Positions 1 to 10,501 of a DNA stretch of 64,000 bases are shown here, piece by piece. Made by a program: the position numbers and the translations under genes. A model generated the notes under the pieces. The model saw nothing but the letters and a program-made list of their open reading frames with translations. It ran no database searches and was not told the origin of the DNA. Every line of letters begins with the position of its first letter. Positions within the stretch are counted from its first letter, which is position 1. The stretch covers positions 74,322 to 138,321 of the forward strand of contig JAZDOC010000019.1 in the NCBI GenBank assembly GCA_043798935.1, in the 5' to 3' direction. This stretch comes from Patescibacteria group bacterium. GTDB taxonomy: Bacteria > Patescibacteriota > Patescibacteriia > UBA9570 > JAHJKD01.

Positions 1-715
1 CGTGCTCAACATCAGTTGTTGATTCAATATTCTTAATACCAATATTAGAAATATTTATTTTTGAATGATCATTAAGCAATTCTTCTTGCGCTTTTTTAAT
101 TAATTCTAATTTAGCTGTTTCTTTGGCTGTTAAAATATCTTCCTCAGTTACTAATGATGAAGATGATGATCCGCCACTCATAGCAATATAGCTTTCAGCA
201 TAGATAAATTCTTTTTTAGTAGAGTTTAAAGCTACAATCTCGAAAATAGATGGTTCAATATCACCTTGTTTACCAACTTCATCAGCTTTTACATCTACTT
301 CAATACTACCACCCGACGGGACTACAACGTCTTCTTGAATGCGAAAGAGAATTTCATCATCAGATAATAGACGAGTTGTAGCTACGAGCGGTTGGTCGGA
401 TTCGTAATTATTATAAATCATTACTTTTCCGCGGGAATAATCATCAATTGAGTTACTATCGGCGCCAGGAATTTGATAAATATAATTATTATCGACTGAT
501 AATTCTTCAACATTACTACCTGTGGCTTCAGCAATTTCATCAAGCGACATGTTTATTTCTTTAGACATTTTTTCAATTTCGGGTGTAATTGTAATCACAG
601 TTTTGGCGAATGCAAAATAGCCCGTAAATAATATGATAATTAAAGAAATAAGAAAAAACACAATAACAATTTTATTGTATGAACTACCAACTTTTGAAGG
701 ATGCTCTGACGCCAT
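1..715 (-). CDS. Partial membrane-anchored hypothetical protein resembling CPR 'baseplate J-like' proteins; runs off the window edge
   Basis: Not in the ORF track. Hand translation from ATG at 715 gives MASEHPSKVGSSYNKIVIVFFLISLIIILFTGYFAFAKTVITITP...GKVMIINNYESDQPLVATTRLLS...; one N-terminal TM helix; frame stays open to the edge. Confidence 0.6.
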   Translation of the reverse strand, partial: MASEHPSKVGSSYNKIVIVFFLISLIIILFTGYFAFAKTVITITPEIEKMSKEINMSLDEIAEATGSNVEELSVDNNYIYQIPGADSNSIDDYSRGKVMIYNNYESDQPLVATTRLLSDDEILFRIQEDVVVPSGGSIEVDVKADEVGKQGDIEPSIFEIVALNSTKKEFIYAESYIAMSGGSSSSSLVTEEDILTAKETAKLELIKKAQEELLNDHSKINISNIGIKNIESTTDVEH

Positions 716-777
716 TATTATTTAAAAAAAACTACTGATTAAATTGAGATCATTATTTTCAGTAAATATGTTGCTTA

Positions 778-3700
778 TTATATCATAAAGATGGCATCTT
801 TGCCAAGTACTTTTCGAATTTCACTAATAAGGCCAAAACTGGATTTCATCTTCGTGTCAATTTCATGATTATCAGAAATTAAATAAACCGGCAAACTTCC
901 AGGATTATTACTAATAGTACTCTTTATTTCCTCCAAAATGCTTTTTTTTATTGTTGCCGGTAAGCGAATAATAATTTTTGAAGGTATTTTAATTTTATCG
1001 ATGTCAAAACTAGATAATTTTTCAGCAATAACCTTTAACTCATTATCTTTATTTGAAACTTTGCCGTCAATAACTATCAAGCTATCTTCAACTAATAGAT
1101 AATTATATTCTTGAAACACTTTGGGAAAAATTAAAGCTTCGACCCAATTTTTTGTGTCTTCAATTCGCGCAAAAACCATGGGCTCGCCTTTGCGAGTAAA
1201 TATTTTTTTAAAACTAGATAATACGCCAATAATCCGAACATTCTGATTGATGCATTTTTTTAATTGTGAAATTGGAATCGAAATTTGATCCAAATAATCC
1301 TGATAATCGGCCAGGGGATGGGAAGAAATATATAAACCCATAAGTTCTTTTTCCCACAGTAATTTTTGTTTATTACTAGCCGGCACACTTTCCATTAAAG
1401 ATAATTTAGGCGCGTTGTCAACCGGCATTTGGCCAAAAATATTAATTTGTCCACTATTTTTTTCTTGTTGCGTAAAATGAACAAAATTTAATAAATTCTC
1501 TATATTATTAAGCATCTGACCGCGCTCACCAAACAAATCTAGAGCGCCAGATTTAATTAAACTTTCTAATGATTTTTTATTTAAATCTTTGTCGTTAATT
1601 CGAGTTAAAAAATCTTCGAGATTAATGAATGGTCCACTATCATTTCTTTCATCAATAATGATATCAACAATATGATTACCGACATTCTTAATAGCGGTTA
1701 GCCCAAAACGAATACGCGGTTTGCTATTAAGCGAACTTTTTACCACTGTAAAGCGTGAATAGCTTTCATTTATATCCGGTGGTAAAACATCAATGTTCAT
1801 TTGGCTGGCTTCTTGGGCTTCAATGGCAATGCGATCCGAATCGCCATAATCACTAGTTAAAAGTGCAGCCATAAATTGTGCCGGCCAGTGTGTTTTTAAA
1901 TAGGCCGTTTGGTAGGCGATCATAGCGTAGCAAGCTGCGTGCGACCGATTAAAGCCATATCCGGCAAATGGTTCGATAAAATCAAAAACTTTTTCGGCAA
2001 TATTTTTAGAAACATTATTTTTAACACAACCCTCTATAAATTTGATTTTTTGTTCAGCTAACAACTGCGGTATTTTTTTGGCCACAGCTTTACGTAATAC
2101 ATCAGCTTCTCCGAGTGTAAAACCAGCTAAATCTCTGGCCGTTTGCATAATTTGCTCCTGATAAATAGCCACGCCATAAGTTTTATCTAACACATGCTTT
2201 AATTTGGGATGAATATATTGTGGCTGTTTTTTTCCGTGTTTACCGGCAATATAATCAGGAATCCACTCCATCGGGCCGGGTCGATACAAAGCGACCATAG
2301 CAATAATATCTTCAAATTCAGTGGGCTTCAATTCTTTAAGATAACGTTTCATGCCTGAACTTTCAAGTTGAAAAACGCCGGTGGTTTGCGCTTTTTGAAG
2401 AAGTTTAAATGTTTGTTTGTCATCAAGGGGAATGCTGTCCATTTTAATTTCTTCACCAATGGTTTTAGTAATAATATTAATTGTGTTTTCGATAATAGTT
2501 AAGTTTTTTAAACCTAAAAAATCCATTTTTAATAATCCTAAATCTTCGCAAGGATGAAGCGAGTATTGAGTAATTATTTCACGATCGTCTGAAGATGCGT
2601 ATTGAATGGGTGTATAATAATCTAATGGTTTATTGGTAATAATAACGCCACAAGCATGAGTACTAGAATGCCTAGCCACACCTTCCAATTTTTTTGCACT
2701 GTCCAATAAACGCGCAGCATCGGGATCACTAGTATAAACTTCTTTTAATTCTGGAACTTGTTTAGTGGCTTTTGTTAAATTAGTAAACATGGGAATCATT
2801 TTGGCAATTTTATCGCAATAACCGTAAGACAGTCCCATCACGCGTCCAACATCACGCACTGCCGCTCGCGCCGCCATGGTTCCAAACGTAATAATCTGTG
2901 ATACATGATCTTTACCATATTTATTTTCAACATAATTAATAACTTCATTGCGTCTGATATCAGCAAAATCAAGATCAATATCGGGCATGGATATTCTTTC
3001 CGGATTTAAAAATCGTTCAAATAACAAATCATATTTGATCGGATCGATGTCGGTAATTTGGGTAAGGTAGGCTACAATGCTTCCGGCTGCCGAACCACGA
3101 CCCGGACCAACCACAATTTTATTTTTTTTTGCCCAAGTAACAAAATCTTGCACAATTAAAAAGTAAGAAGCAAAACCGGTTTTATTAATTACCCCTAGTT
3201 CATAGTCTAAGCGGGCTAATATTTCCGAACTGATTTTATCGCCATAGCGAACACTTAATCCTTCATTACAAAGGCGTTTTAATTCGTGGTCAGCTGTGAT
3301 ACCACTAGGCAATTGATAATGTGGTAAATGAATTTTTCCTAATTCCAATTTCACATCACAACGACTGGCTAATTCAATAGTATTTTCAATTACTTCTGGA
3401 TGCTCTTTGAACGCAGTTTTCATTTCGCTAACAGATTTAAATGAATAATCTTCACCGCGCATCGACATTCGATTCGTATCGGTAAGTTGTTTTTTGGTTT
3501 GGATACAAACTAAAATATCCTGCTCTTCATCATCCGAAGAATTGATGTAATGAACATCGTTTGTAGCCACAACTTTCAATTGCAATTTTTTTGCCAATTT
3601 AAAAATAACATCATTAGCTACTTGTTGCTTGGATAAATTAGGATGATGTTGAACTTCTAAATAAAAATTTTCAATTCCAAAAACATTAATATATTGCTTG

Positions 3701-4179
3701 GTAATTTCTTCGGCTTTACTCAAACCAAAATTCACGGCCGCTTTGGAAATCTCGCCTTGTAAACAAGCACTGGTGGCAATAATACCTTGTTTGTATTTAT
3801 TAATGGTTTCTAAATCTAAACGCGGTTTATAATAAAATCCTTCTAAATGGGCAATGCTGGTTAATTTTAACAAATTCTGATAGCCAACATTATTTTCAGC
3901 TAATAATATTAAATGATAAGGTTTTTCATCTACTCGAGGACGTTTATTATGCAAACCATTCGGAGCAATATAACACTCGACTCCCAAAATAGGCTTAATA
4001 TCATTAGCCACACATTCCTGATAAAATTCAACTATACCATACATTACTCCATGGTCAGTTAATGCCAGGCTAGTCATTTTGTTCTTTTTCGCCGCTTTAA
4101 CAAGCTCGGGAATTTTAGGTAATCCGTCGAGCAAACTATAATGGCTGTGAACATGTAGATGAGTGAAATTTTGGCTCAT
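778..4179 (-). CDS. dnaE: DNA polymerase III alpha subunit
   Basis: PHP motifs HLHVHSHYSLLDG and TDHG; GRGSAAGS; PDIDLDF; GYGFNRSH; C-terminal OB fold. Start moved to MSQNF at 4179 (ORF track 4206). Confidence 0.98.
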   Translation of the reverse strand: MSQNFTHLHVHSHYSLLDGLPKIPELVKAAKKNKMTSLALTDHGVMYGIVEFYQECVANDIKPILGVECYIAPNGLHNKRPRVDEKPYHLILLAENNVGYQNLLKLTSIAHLEGFYYKPRLDLETINKYKQGIIATSACLQGEISKAAVNFGLSKAEEITKQYINVFGIENFYLEVQHHPNLSKQQVANDVIFKLAKKLQLKVVATNDVHYINSSDDEEQDILVCIQTKKQLTDTNRMSMRGEDYSFKSVSEMKTAFKEHPEVIENTIELASRCDVKLELGKIHLPHYQLPSGITADHELKRLCNEGLSVRYGDKISSEILARLDYELGVINKTGFASYFLIVQDFVTWAKKNKIVVGPGRGSAAGSIVAYLTQITDIDPIKYDLLFERFLNPERISMPDIDLDFADIRRNEVINYVENKYGKDHVSQIITFGTMAARAAVRDVGRVMGLSYGYCDKIAKMIPMFTNLTKATKQVPELKEVYTSDPDAARLLDSAKKLEGVARHSSTHACGVIITNKPLDYYTPIQYASSDDREIITQYSLHPCEDLGLLKMDFLGLKNLTIIENTINIITKTIGEEIKMDSIPLDDKQTFKLLQKAQTTGVFQLESSGMKRYLKELKPTEFEDIIAMVALYRPGPMEWIPDYIAGKHGKKQPQYIHPKLKHVLDKTYGVAIYQEQIMQTARDLAGFTLGEADVLRKAVAKKIPQLLAEQKIKFIEGCVKNNVSKNIAEKVFDFIEPFAGYGFNRSHAACYAMIAYQTAYLKTHWPAQFMAALLTSDYGDSDRIAIEAQEASQMNIDVLPPDINESYSRFTVVKSSLNSKPRIRFGLTAIKNVGNHIVDIIIDERNDSGPFINLEDFLTRINDKDLNKKSLESLIKSGALDLFGERGQMLNNIENLLNFVHFTQQEKNSGQINIFGQMPVDNAPKLSLMESVPASNKQKLLWEKELMGLYISSHPLADYQDYLDQISIPISQLKKCINQNVRIIGVLSSFKKIFTRKGEPMVFARIEDTKNWVEALIFPKVFQEYNYLLVEDSLIVIDGKVSNKDNELKVIAEKLSSFDIDKIKIPSKIIIRLPATIKKSILEEIKSTISNNPGSLPVYLISDNHEIDTKMKSSFGLISEIRKVLGKDAIFMI

Positions 4180-4248
4180 ATTTTTTATATATAGCAACAT
4201 TAACATAAATTTGCTATAATTTCCATATTAATAATAATTAAATTATTT

Positions 4249-4719
4249 ATGGCAGTATTAAAGAAAAAAAACCCTGAAATAAATCAGGTTAAAACAACAA
4301 AAAAAACTAGCAAATCCAACGTTTTATTCATGATCATGTACTTAGTTATTGTATTAATAATCATTTTATCAGGTCTAAAAATATTCATTCTACATAAACA
4401 ATTTGCAAATATAATAAATAAAAATACTTATCAAATAGTAACCCTGGAAAATGGCGAGAGTTATTTTGGAAAATTACAAAACTTGGGTTATAAATATTAT
4501 GAATTGTCAGATGTTTATTATGTTAAATACAACGCTAAAACCGATTCCACCGATAATACAAATACCACAGCCGAAAATTATGAACTTCAACTTATTTCAC
4601 TCGGGCAACAAGAATTTTATAAACCGCAAAATGTCATGATTATTAATCGCGATAAAATATTGCATTTTGAAAATTTACAATCTGATTCGGAAGTGATTAA
4701 ATATATTAATCAACAATAA
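4249..4719 (+). CDS. Single-TM hypothetical protein
   Basis: N-terminal TM helix, then YQIVTLENGESYFGKL...INRDKILHFENL; extended -10 TGCTATAAT at 4212-4220. Confidence 0.7.
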   Translation: MAVLKKKNPEINQVKTTKKTSKSNVLFMIMYLVIVLIIILSGLKIFILHKQFANIINKNTYQIVTLENGESYFGKLQNLGYKYYELSDVYYVKYNAKTDSTDNTNTTAENYELQLISLGQQEFYKPQNVMIINRDKILHFENLQSDSEVIKYINQQ

Positions 4720-4721
4720 TT

Positions 4722-4752
4722 AAAAAGAGGGGATTCAAACCCCTCTTTTTTT
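4722..4752. terminator. Bidirectional intrinsic terminator
   Basis: AAAAAGAGGGG-ATTCAAA-CCCCTCTTTTTTT between convergent genes. Confidence 0.85.
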
Positions 4753-4770
4753 ATTCTAAAAACAATTATA

Positions 4771-5076
4771 TTATTTTTTCTTTTTTTTCGAAACTTTTTC
4801 TTCTCTGGCGTCTTTTCGTTCTTTAACAAAGGAAATAATATCACGCAGTTGTGAAGCAATAAATGTAATAGAAGTTGCGGAAGAGGTAATTTTTTCCTTC
4901 ATGCCTTCAATAGCTTCGCTAAGCTCATCTAATTTTTGTCTGACATCAGCAATTACTTCATTACTCTGACGCATAATTTGAGCTAAATAATACATTATCC
5001 ATACTAAAAAACCTGTAAACACCAATGTGCAAATTGCCACTACTAAATATAGTAAGTCTTGGGTTGTTTGTAACAT
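4771..5076 (-). CDS. Small TM plus coiled-coil protein (DUF948-like)
   Basis: Hydrophobic N-terminal helix followed by a heptad-rich segment. Confidence 0.65.
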   Translation of the reverse strand: MLQTTQDLLYLVVAICTLVFTGFLVWIMYYLAQIMRQSNEVIADVRQKLDELSEAIEGMKEKITSSATSITFIASQLRDIISFVKERKDAREEKVSKKKKK

Positions 5077-5118
5077 TTTGTTTTGTTTTTAATAATAATA
5101 AATAAATTATAACATTAT

Positions 5119-5146
5119 TTGCTATTTTTAACAATTTTGCTAAAAT
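5119..5146 (+). promoter_or_regulatory. Sigma70-type promoter, probably leaderless
   Basis: TTGCTA-16 nt-TAAAAT with TGn extension; ATG begins 6 nt after the -10. Confidence 0.55.
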
Positions 5147-5152
5147 ACACAT

Positions 5153-5989
5153 ATGAATAAAACAATAAAAAAAAGTTATAAACTAGGTTTTATATATTTA
5201 GAATCAAAACCATTACTTAAAAAAATTGGTATTATTATTCTATATGCTCTAGCTATTTCAGCCTGGCTGTATTTTTTTATTCAGCTTGGTACATATATCA
5301 TCAATTATAAATCTACCAAAGCAGCTTTAGCCGATATCATGATTGATTATGTCAATTACGATATAATTCCCGCTCCGATTAATTTAAAAATATCCGAAGC
5401 CTATTTATTATCCCGTAATGATGGCAAATACGATTTAATCGCCCAAATTGAAAACCCCAATACTCATTGGATAGCCAATAATTTTGAATATCAATTCAAT
5501 ATAAATGGCTTTACTACCACTACCCAAACTTCTTACTTATTACCTCAAGAAAAAAAGAATTTAACTTTTTTAAATTTAGCCCTAAATAATATTAATACTT
5601 TTGGCCAAAATGAAGCAAGTTTACAAGTAATCTCCGAACCGACTTGGAAAGGTAAAAAACAAGTATATCCGGAATTAATTATCGACTTCACAGATTCATC
5701 ACTTACTAATATCGATCTTGAAGAAAAAACTTATGCACGAGTTACAACCACAGCACAAAATAATAGTCTATATGGTTTTAAAAATATTCAAATATTAGCA
5801 GTTGTAAAAAGCCAAGGCGCACCAGTCGGAATCGCAGTTTCTAACATTACAAATTTTTTATCTAGCGATACTAAGCAATTAGAATTTTCCTGGCCGCGAA
5901 AATTTCCGTTTGATGCCGACTTGAAATTTTTCGCCACCACCGATATACGCAGTGAAAATAATTTAATTGTCAAAAACATTTCCAATTAA
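5153..5989 (+). CDS. Membrane-anchored hypothetical protein with beta-rich extracellular domains
   Basis: 278-aa ORF with one TM helix; 2 nt upstream of rodA. Confidence 0.7.
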   Translation: MNKTIKKSYKLGFIYLESKPLLKKIGIIILYALAISAWLYFFIQLGTYIINYKSTKAALADIMIDYVNYDIIPAPINLKISEAYLLSRNDGKYDLIAQIENPNTHWIANNFEYQFNINGFTTTTQTSYLLPQEKKNLTFLNLALNNINTFGQNEASLQVISEPTWKGKKQVYPELIIDFTDSSLTNIDLEEKTYARVTTTAQNNSLYGFKNIQILAVVKSQGAPVGIAVSNITNFLSSDTKQLEFSWPRKFPFDADLKFFATTDIRSENNLIVKNISN

Positions 5990-5991
5990 AC

Positions 5992-7095
5992 ATGTTAAAA
6001 AAAATATCCTTTTCATTAAGAAATTATGATTGGTGGCTGTTTGCATCGGTAATAATTTTAATTACTATCGGAATACTCATCATTTATTCCGTGGGCATGA
6101 ATTCAGACACATCTGATTTAACTCGCTTTTATAAACAAGTAATCTTCGCCCTAATCGGCCTAATAGCGTTATTTACTGTTAGTTTTATTGATTATCGAAT
6201 ATTTAATAACTATGCTTACTTATTATATATTTTCGGAATTTTATTGCTAATTAGTGTTTTAATATTTGGTACGACTATTCGCGGCACAACTGGATGGTTT
6301 TCGTTTGGATTTATAAGTTTTCAGCCAGTCGAACTGGGAAAAATAATTTTAGTTATAATGCTAGCTAGATTTTTTAGTATCAAGGGTTATGAGATGGATA
6401 AAATCGTCAATATTATTTTCAGCGCATTAATCAGTGGCTCTTATGTTCTATTAGTAATGCGTCAGCCAGATTTAGGTTCTGCGCTAATTTTCATGGCTTT
6501 ATGGGTAGGTTTTTTATTTTTAAGCAACATAAAAAAATCACAATTTCTTATTTTACTTTTAATTTTAGCAGTTCTTGCAACTTGCAGCTGGTTTTTAATT
6601 CTTAAAGATTATCAAAAAGAGCGAATACTAACATTTATTAATCCCAGTCGCGATCCATTGGTGACAGGCTATAATGTTATTCAATCTGTTACAGCGGTTG
6701 GGTCGGGTGGTTTAATTGGACGAGGTTTGGGGCTGGGTCCACAAAGCCAGCTAAACTTTTTACCCGAACAGGAAAATGATTTTATTTTTGCCGTAATTGC
6801 TGAAGAACTCGGCTTTATCGGTAGTGGTTTTGTTATTATTCTATTCTTTTCCATTTTCTATAGAATATGGAAATTATCTAAAATAATCAAAAATGATTTT
6901 ACAGTTTATCTCCTATACGGAATTTTAATTATCTTATGTGTACAAACTACTATCAACATAGGCATGAATATTGGTATTATGCCAGTCACTGGATTGCCTT
7001 TGCCCTTTATTTCATCAGGAGGCAGCTCTCTTGTAGTTAACCTAATTTTAGTAGGTATTATTGAAAATGTTTATCAAAAAAATCACTTGACATAA
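5992..7095 (+). CDS. rodA: Rod shape-determining protein RodA (SEDS family)
   Basis: FQPVELGK, QPDLGSA, GYNVIQS, LPEQENDFIFAVIAEELGF, TGLPLPFISSGGSSL. Confidence 0.92.
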   Translation: MLKKISFSLRNYDWWLFASVIILITIGILIIYSVGMNSDTSDLTRFYKQVIFALIGLIALFTVSFIDYRIFNNYAYLLYIFGILLLISVLIFGTTIRGTTGWFSFGFISFQPVELGKIILVIMLARFFSIKGYEMDKIVNIIFSALISGSYVLLVMRQPDLGSALIFMALWVGFLFLSNIKKSQFLILLLILAVLATCSWFLILKDYQKERILTFINPSRDPLVTGYNVIQSVTAVGSGGLIGRGLGLGPQSQLNFLPEQENDFIFAVIAEELGFIGSGFVIILFFSIFYRIWKLSKIIKNDFTVYLLYGILIILCVQTTINIGMNIGIMPVTGLPLPFISSGGSSLVVNLILVGIIENVYQKNHLT

Positions 7096-7116
7096 TCACC
7101 TAAAATAATTTATAAT
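7087..7116 (+). promoter_or_regulatory. Consensus sigma70 promoter for the Zn-ribbon gene and rplY
   Basis: TTGACA-18 nt-TATAAT. Confidence 0.65.
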
Positions 7117-7146
7117 CTACTAAGTTCAATAGTAATCGATTTTTTT

Positions 7147-7521
7147 ATGTCTATACCAAAAAATTTCTCTAAATTAAGCCCTTTTTTACAACAAGAAAGT
7201 TTGCAAAAACTAATCGGTAAATGCCCATTATGTGGTTTCCAATATAAAACAATCAGAGCTAAAGTGATTGAAGAGAATGAAGATGCCCAATTAATATACA
7301 TTAAATGCCAAAAATGCAATGGTTCGATTATCATTTTTGTGGTTAGCAGTGGACCGCTTATAAGTTCGGTTGGATTAATCACAGATTTAAATGAATTCGA
7401 CATTGTATCTTTTAAAAACAAACGCGTCTTAAAAGAAGAAGATATATTAAAACTTCACCAAAATTTACAAACCGGTGAATTTATCAATAGTATTAAAAAT
7501 TATAATATTAACAATAATTAA
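7147..7521 (+). CDS. Hypothetical zinc-ribbon protein
   Basis: CPLC...CQKC pair. Confidence 0.7.
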   Translation: MSIPKNFSKLSPFLQQESLQKLIGKCPLCGFQYKTIRAKVIEENEDAQLIYIKCQKCNGSIIIFVVSSGPLISSVGLITDLNEFDIVSFKNKRVLKEEDILKLHQNLQTGEFINSIKNYNINNN

Positions 7522-7533
7522 CGAAAATTATTT

Positions 7534-8217
7534 ATGGAAGAAAATCTGCAATTAAAGGCTATTAGTAGGGAGGAAAAGGCCAAACAAAATAAATATGTCC
7601 GTAGCAAAGGTATGGTTCCGTCTCAAGTTTATGGTAAAAATTCTCCTAATGTCATGATTAAAATTGATGCAGTGGCATTTGAAAAAATCTACGCTCAAGC
7701 CAAAGAAAGCACATTAGTTGATTTAATCATCGACGACCAAACACCGATTAAAGTATTAATTCACGATATTTCTCGCGATAGAATATCTGATCATGTTCTT
7801 CATGTTGATTTTTATAAAGTTAACATGACTGAAAAAATAGATGCTGAAATTGATTTAAATTTTCTTGGCATCGCACCAGCCGTTAAAGAACTTGGCGGTA
7901 TTCTTACAAAGCAAATGGATAAAATCGAAATTCGATGCTTTCCAAACGAATTAATCAAAGAAATTGATGTTGATGTAACAACATTAAAAACATTTACTGA
8001 CGTCATTCGAGTAAAAGACATTAAACTTCCTTCAAATATGGAATTAATCAGTGATCCTGAACAAATTGCCATTAATGTGGCTGAACCCAGAAGCGAAGAA
8101 GAATTAAGTGATTTGAACCAAAAAGTTGAAGAAAATGTTTCTAAGGTAGAATCAACGGTTGAAAAGAAAAAGGATGTTGAAGCCGATACCGATACAACAA
8201 AAGACGCTAAAAAATAA
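7534..8217 (+). CDS. rplY: 50S ribosomal protein L25 (long CTC/TL5 form)
   Basis: VPSQVYGK, HVDFYKV, GIAPAVKELGG; acidic tail. Confidence 0.95.
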   Translation: MEENLQLKAISREEKAKQNKYVRSKGMVPSQVYGKNSPNVMIKIDAVAFEKIYAQAKESTLVDLIIDDQTPIKVLIHDISRDRISDHVLHVDFYKVNMTEKIDAEIDLNFLGIAPAVKELGGILTKQMDKIEIRCFPNELIKEIDVDVTTLKTFTDVIRVKDIKLPSNMELISDPEQIAINVAEPRSEEELSDLNQKVEENVSKVESTVEKKKDVEADTDTTKDAKK

Positions 8218-8233
8218 TTGATTTTAAATTATC

Positions 8234-9349
8234 ATGGAAAAATTAAACGAATTGTTTGTAAAATTTAAAGAAAGCCGCAAAACTCAAATTATTACTGTCG
8301 TGGTTCTATTAATCGTACTGGGTATAGTTGGAATGGTTATTTTTTCTGATGATACCCAAAATTCAAACGATAATAATAATTCAACATCGCAAAAAACAGC
8401 TAATCAATTAGACACTAGCGAAGCATATCGATTAATCGATGGTATTAAAATCACAAAAAATCGCGCAAATTTCTTACCGGTAGCAATTGTAGTTGAAAAT
8501 TATGCCGGCATCCGACCACAGAGCGGTTTAGCTGATGCTAATATTGTTTATGAGGCATTAGCCGAGGGCGGAATCACTAGATTTTTAGCTATTTATGCCA
8601 GCGGTACTGACGTGAAAACAATTGGGCCAGTACGCAGTGCACGTCATTATTTTGTTGATGTTGCCGAAGAATATGGAGGTATTTTTGCTCATATTGGCGG
8701 CAGTCCACAAGCCCTAGGAATATTGTCTTTTGAAGAATATATTACTGATTTAAACCAATTTACTTATTCTCAATATTATTGGCGTGATGATAATATTGCT
8801 GCACCTCATAATTTATTTACTTCTTCAGAATTAATGTCTTATGCAATTAGAGACTTATTATCTGAAAATCCTGAAGGCAATTATACTGCTTGGAAATTTA
8901 AAGATGAAAACGCATCAAGCGTCTCTATTGATAAATACATCAAAATTGATTACAGTCTAGATCAATACGCTGTCGAATGGAAATACAATACCGCTGATAA
9001 TATTTATATGCGTTTTAATGGTGACAAAGAGCATAAAGATGCTTTAACCGATAAACAACTTACCGCAAAAAATATTATTGTTCAATTTGCAGATACCAGC
9101 CTTTTGGAAGGTGAAGCTGAACGCTTAGATATTAAAACAATCGGTGAAGGTGAAGCTTTAATATTTTTGGACGGTGAGGTTATTTCTGGAACTTGGAAAA
9201 AATCCCAACGTGGCGACAGAACTCTTTATTATGATAAAAACAATCAAGAAATTGAATTTAATCGTGGCAACACTTGGGTAGAAATGGTAAAATTAGAAAC
9301 GTCAGTTCAATGGACAGATAATAGTGGAAGCGAACAATCAAAAAATTAA
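8234..9349 (+). CDS. DUF3048 (YerB-like) membrane-anchored protein, copy 1
   Basis: RPQSGL, EGGITRFLA, IGPVRSAR, HIGGSP, APHNLFTS. Confidence 0.88.
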   Translation: MEKLNELFVKFKESRKTQIITVVVLLIVLGIVGMVIFSDDTQNSNDNNNSTSQKTANQLDTSEAYRLIDGIKITKNRANFLPVAIVVENYAGIRPQSGLADANIVYEALAEGGITRFLAIYASGTDVKTIGPVRSARHYFVDVAEEYGGIFAHIGGSPQALGILSFEEYITDLNQFTYSQYYWRDDNIAAPHNLFTSSELMSYAIRDLLSENPEGNYTAWKFKDENASSVSIDKYIKIDYSLDQYAVEWKYNTADNIYMRFNGDKEHKDALTDKQLTAKNIIVQFADTSLLEGEAERLDIKTIGEGEALIFLDGEVISGTWKKSQRGDRTLYYDKNNQEIEFNRGNTWVEMVKLETSVQWTDNSGSEQSKN

Positions 9350-9373
9350 TGTTTTAATGGGGAGGAATTATTA

Positions 9374-10489
9374 GTGAATATAAAAATTTTTTTATTACGC
9401 ATTGTTAATAATCGAAATTATCAATTAGGAATAATGGCTGTGCTTTTAGTACTCGGTGCTATTTTAGTATGGCTGGGAGTTTTCTATAGTATTAACAATC
9501 AACCTCAAATTCCACAGCCAGAAATAGCCAAAATTAATACCAATACTAATAAGCATATTGTTCCCAAAAAATATTATCGTCTAACAGATGGCGTAGAAAC
9601 TGATAAAAACAAAACTAATCGTTTTCCTTTAGCTGTTATGATAGAAAATTTAGCCAGTAGCGAAGTTCGTCCACAATCTGGCTTAAATGATGCTGAAATT
9701 GTTTATGAAGTTATTGTTGAAGGTGGTATTACCAGATTTTTAGCAATTTATTCATCTGAAACCGAAATAAAAAAAATCGGGCCAGTGCGTAGTGCAAGAA
9801 ACACATTTTTAGAATTTGTTTCCGAATATGACGCTCTATATATACATGCCGGAGGCAGTCCAAACGCACTTCAAGCCATTGATGGTTTAAAAATCAATGA
9901 TTGTTCAGGCTTATCATCTGATGGACGTTTTTATTGGCGTGATCAACAATTTTTTGCACCTCATAATTTATTTACTTCTTCACAATTACTCACATACGCA
10001 TTACGCGATAAAAATTTACTTTCTTTAAACAGCAACTTCACTAGCTGGCAATTCAAAAATGATGAAGATGAAAATTCAAAAATTGAAAATTCAAAATTAA
10101 TCAACAACATTGAAATTGATTTTTCTGAACCTAATTATGCCGTAAAATGGGAATATAATCCTAAAAAAAATAATTATTTACGTTTAAATGGTGGTCAAAA
10201 ACATACTGATGCTCTAACCGGCAAACAACTAACTGCAAAAAATGTTATTATCGAAATTGTACCGCCGGCAACTTCAATTGACGATGAAGGACGCGTTGAT
10301 TTTTCTGTAACCGGCAGTGGTCCAGCTATCATTTTTCAAGATGGTAAAAAAATCAGTGGTACTTGGGAAAAATCATCACGCACTGAACGGACTCTTTATT
10401 TTAATGAATCCCACAAAGAAATTGAATTTAACCGCGGAAAAATTTGGATAGAAATATTACCAGCTGATCGTAGTTATACAACAAGTTAA
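9374..10489 (+). CDS. DUF3048 (YerB-like) membrane-anchored protein, copy 2
   Basis: Same motif set as copy 1; GTG start preceded by GGAGG. Confidence 0.88.
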   Translation: MNIKIFLLRIVNNRNYQLGIMAVLLVLGAILVWLGVFYSINNQPQIPQPEIAKINTNTNKHIVPKKYYRLTDGVETDKNKTNRFPLAVMIENLASSEVRPQSGLNDAEIVYEVIVEGGITRFLAIYSSETEIKKIGPVRSARNTFLEFVSEYDALYIHAGGSPNALQAIDGLKINDCSGLSSDGRFYWRDQQFFAPHNLFTSSQLLTYALRDKNLLSLNSNFTSWQFKNDEDENSKIENSKLINNIEIDFSEPNYAVKWEYNPKKNNYLRLNGGQKHTDALTGKQLTAKNVIIEIVPPATSIDDEGRVDFSVTGSGPAIIFQDGKKISGTWEKSSRTERTLYFNESHKEIEFNRGKIWIEILPADRSYTTS

Positions 10490-10501
10490 TGTTTTTTAAT
10501 T

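Noticed and set aside
1-715. Baseplate J-like gene as a prophage marker
   Set aside because: No other phage genes nearby, and similar membrane-anchored proteins are ordinary chromosomal genes in CPR
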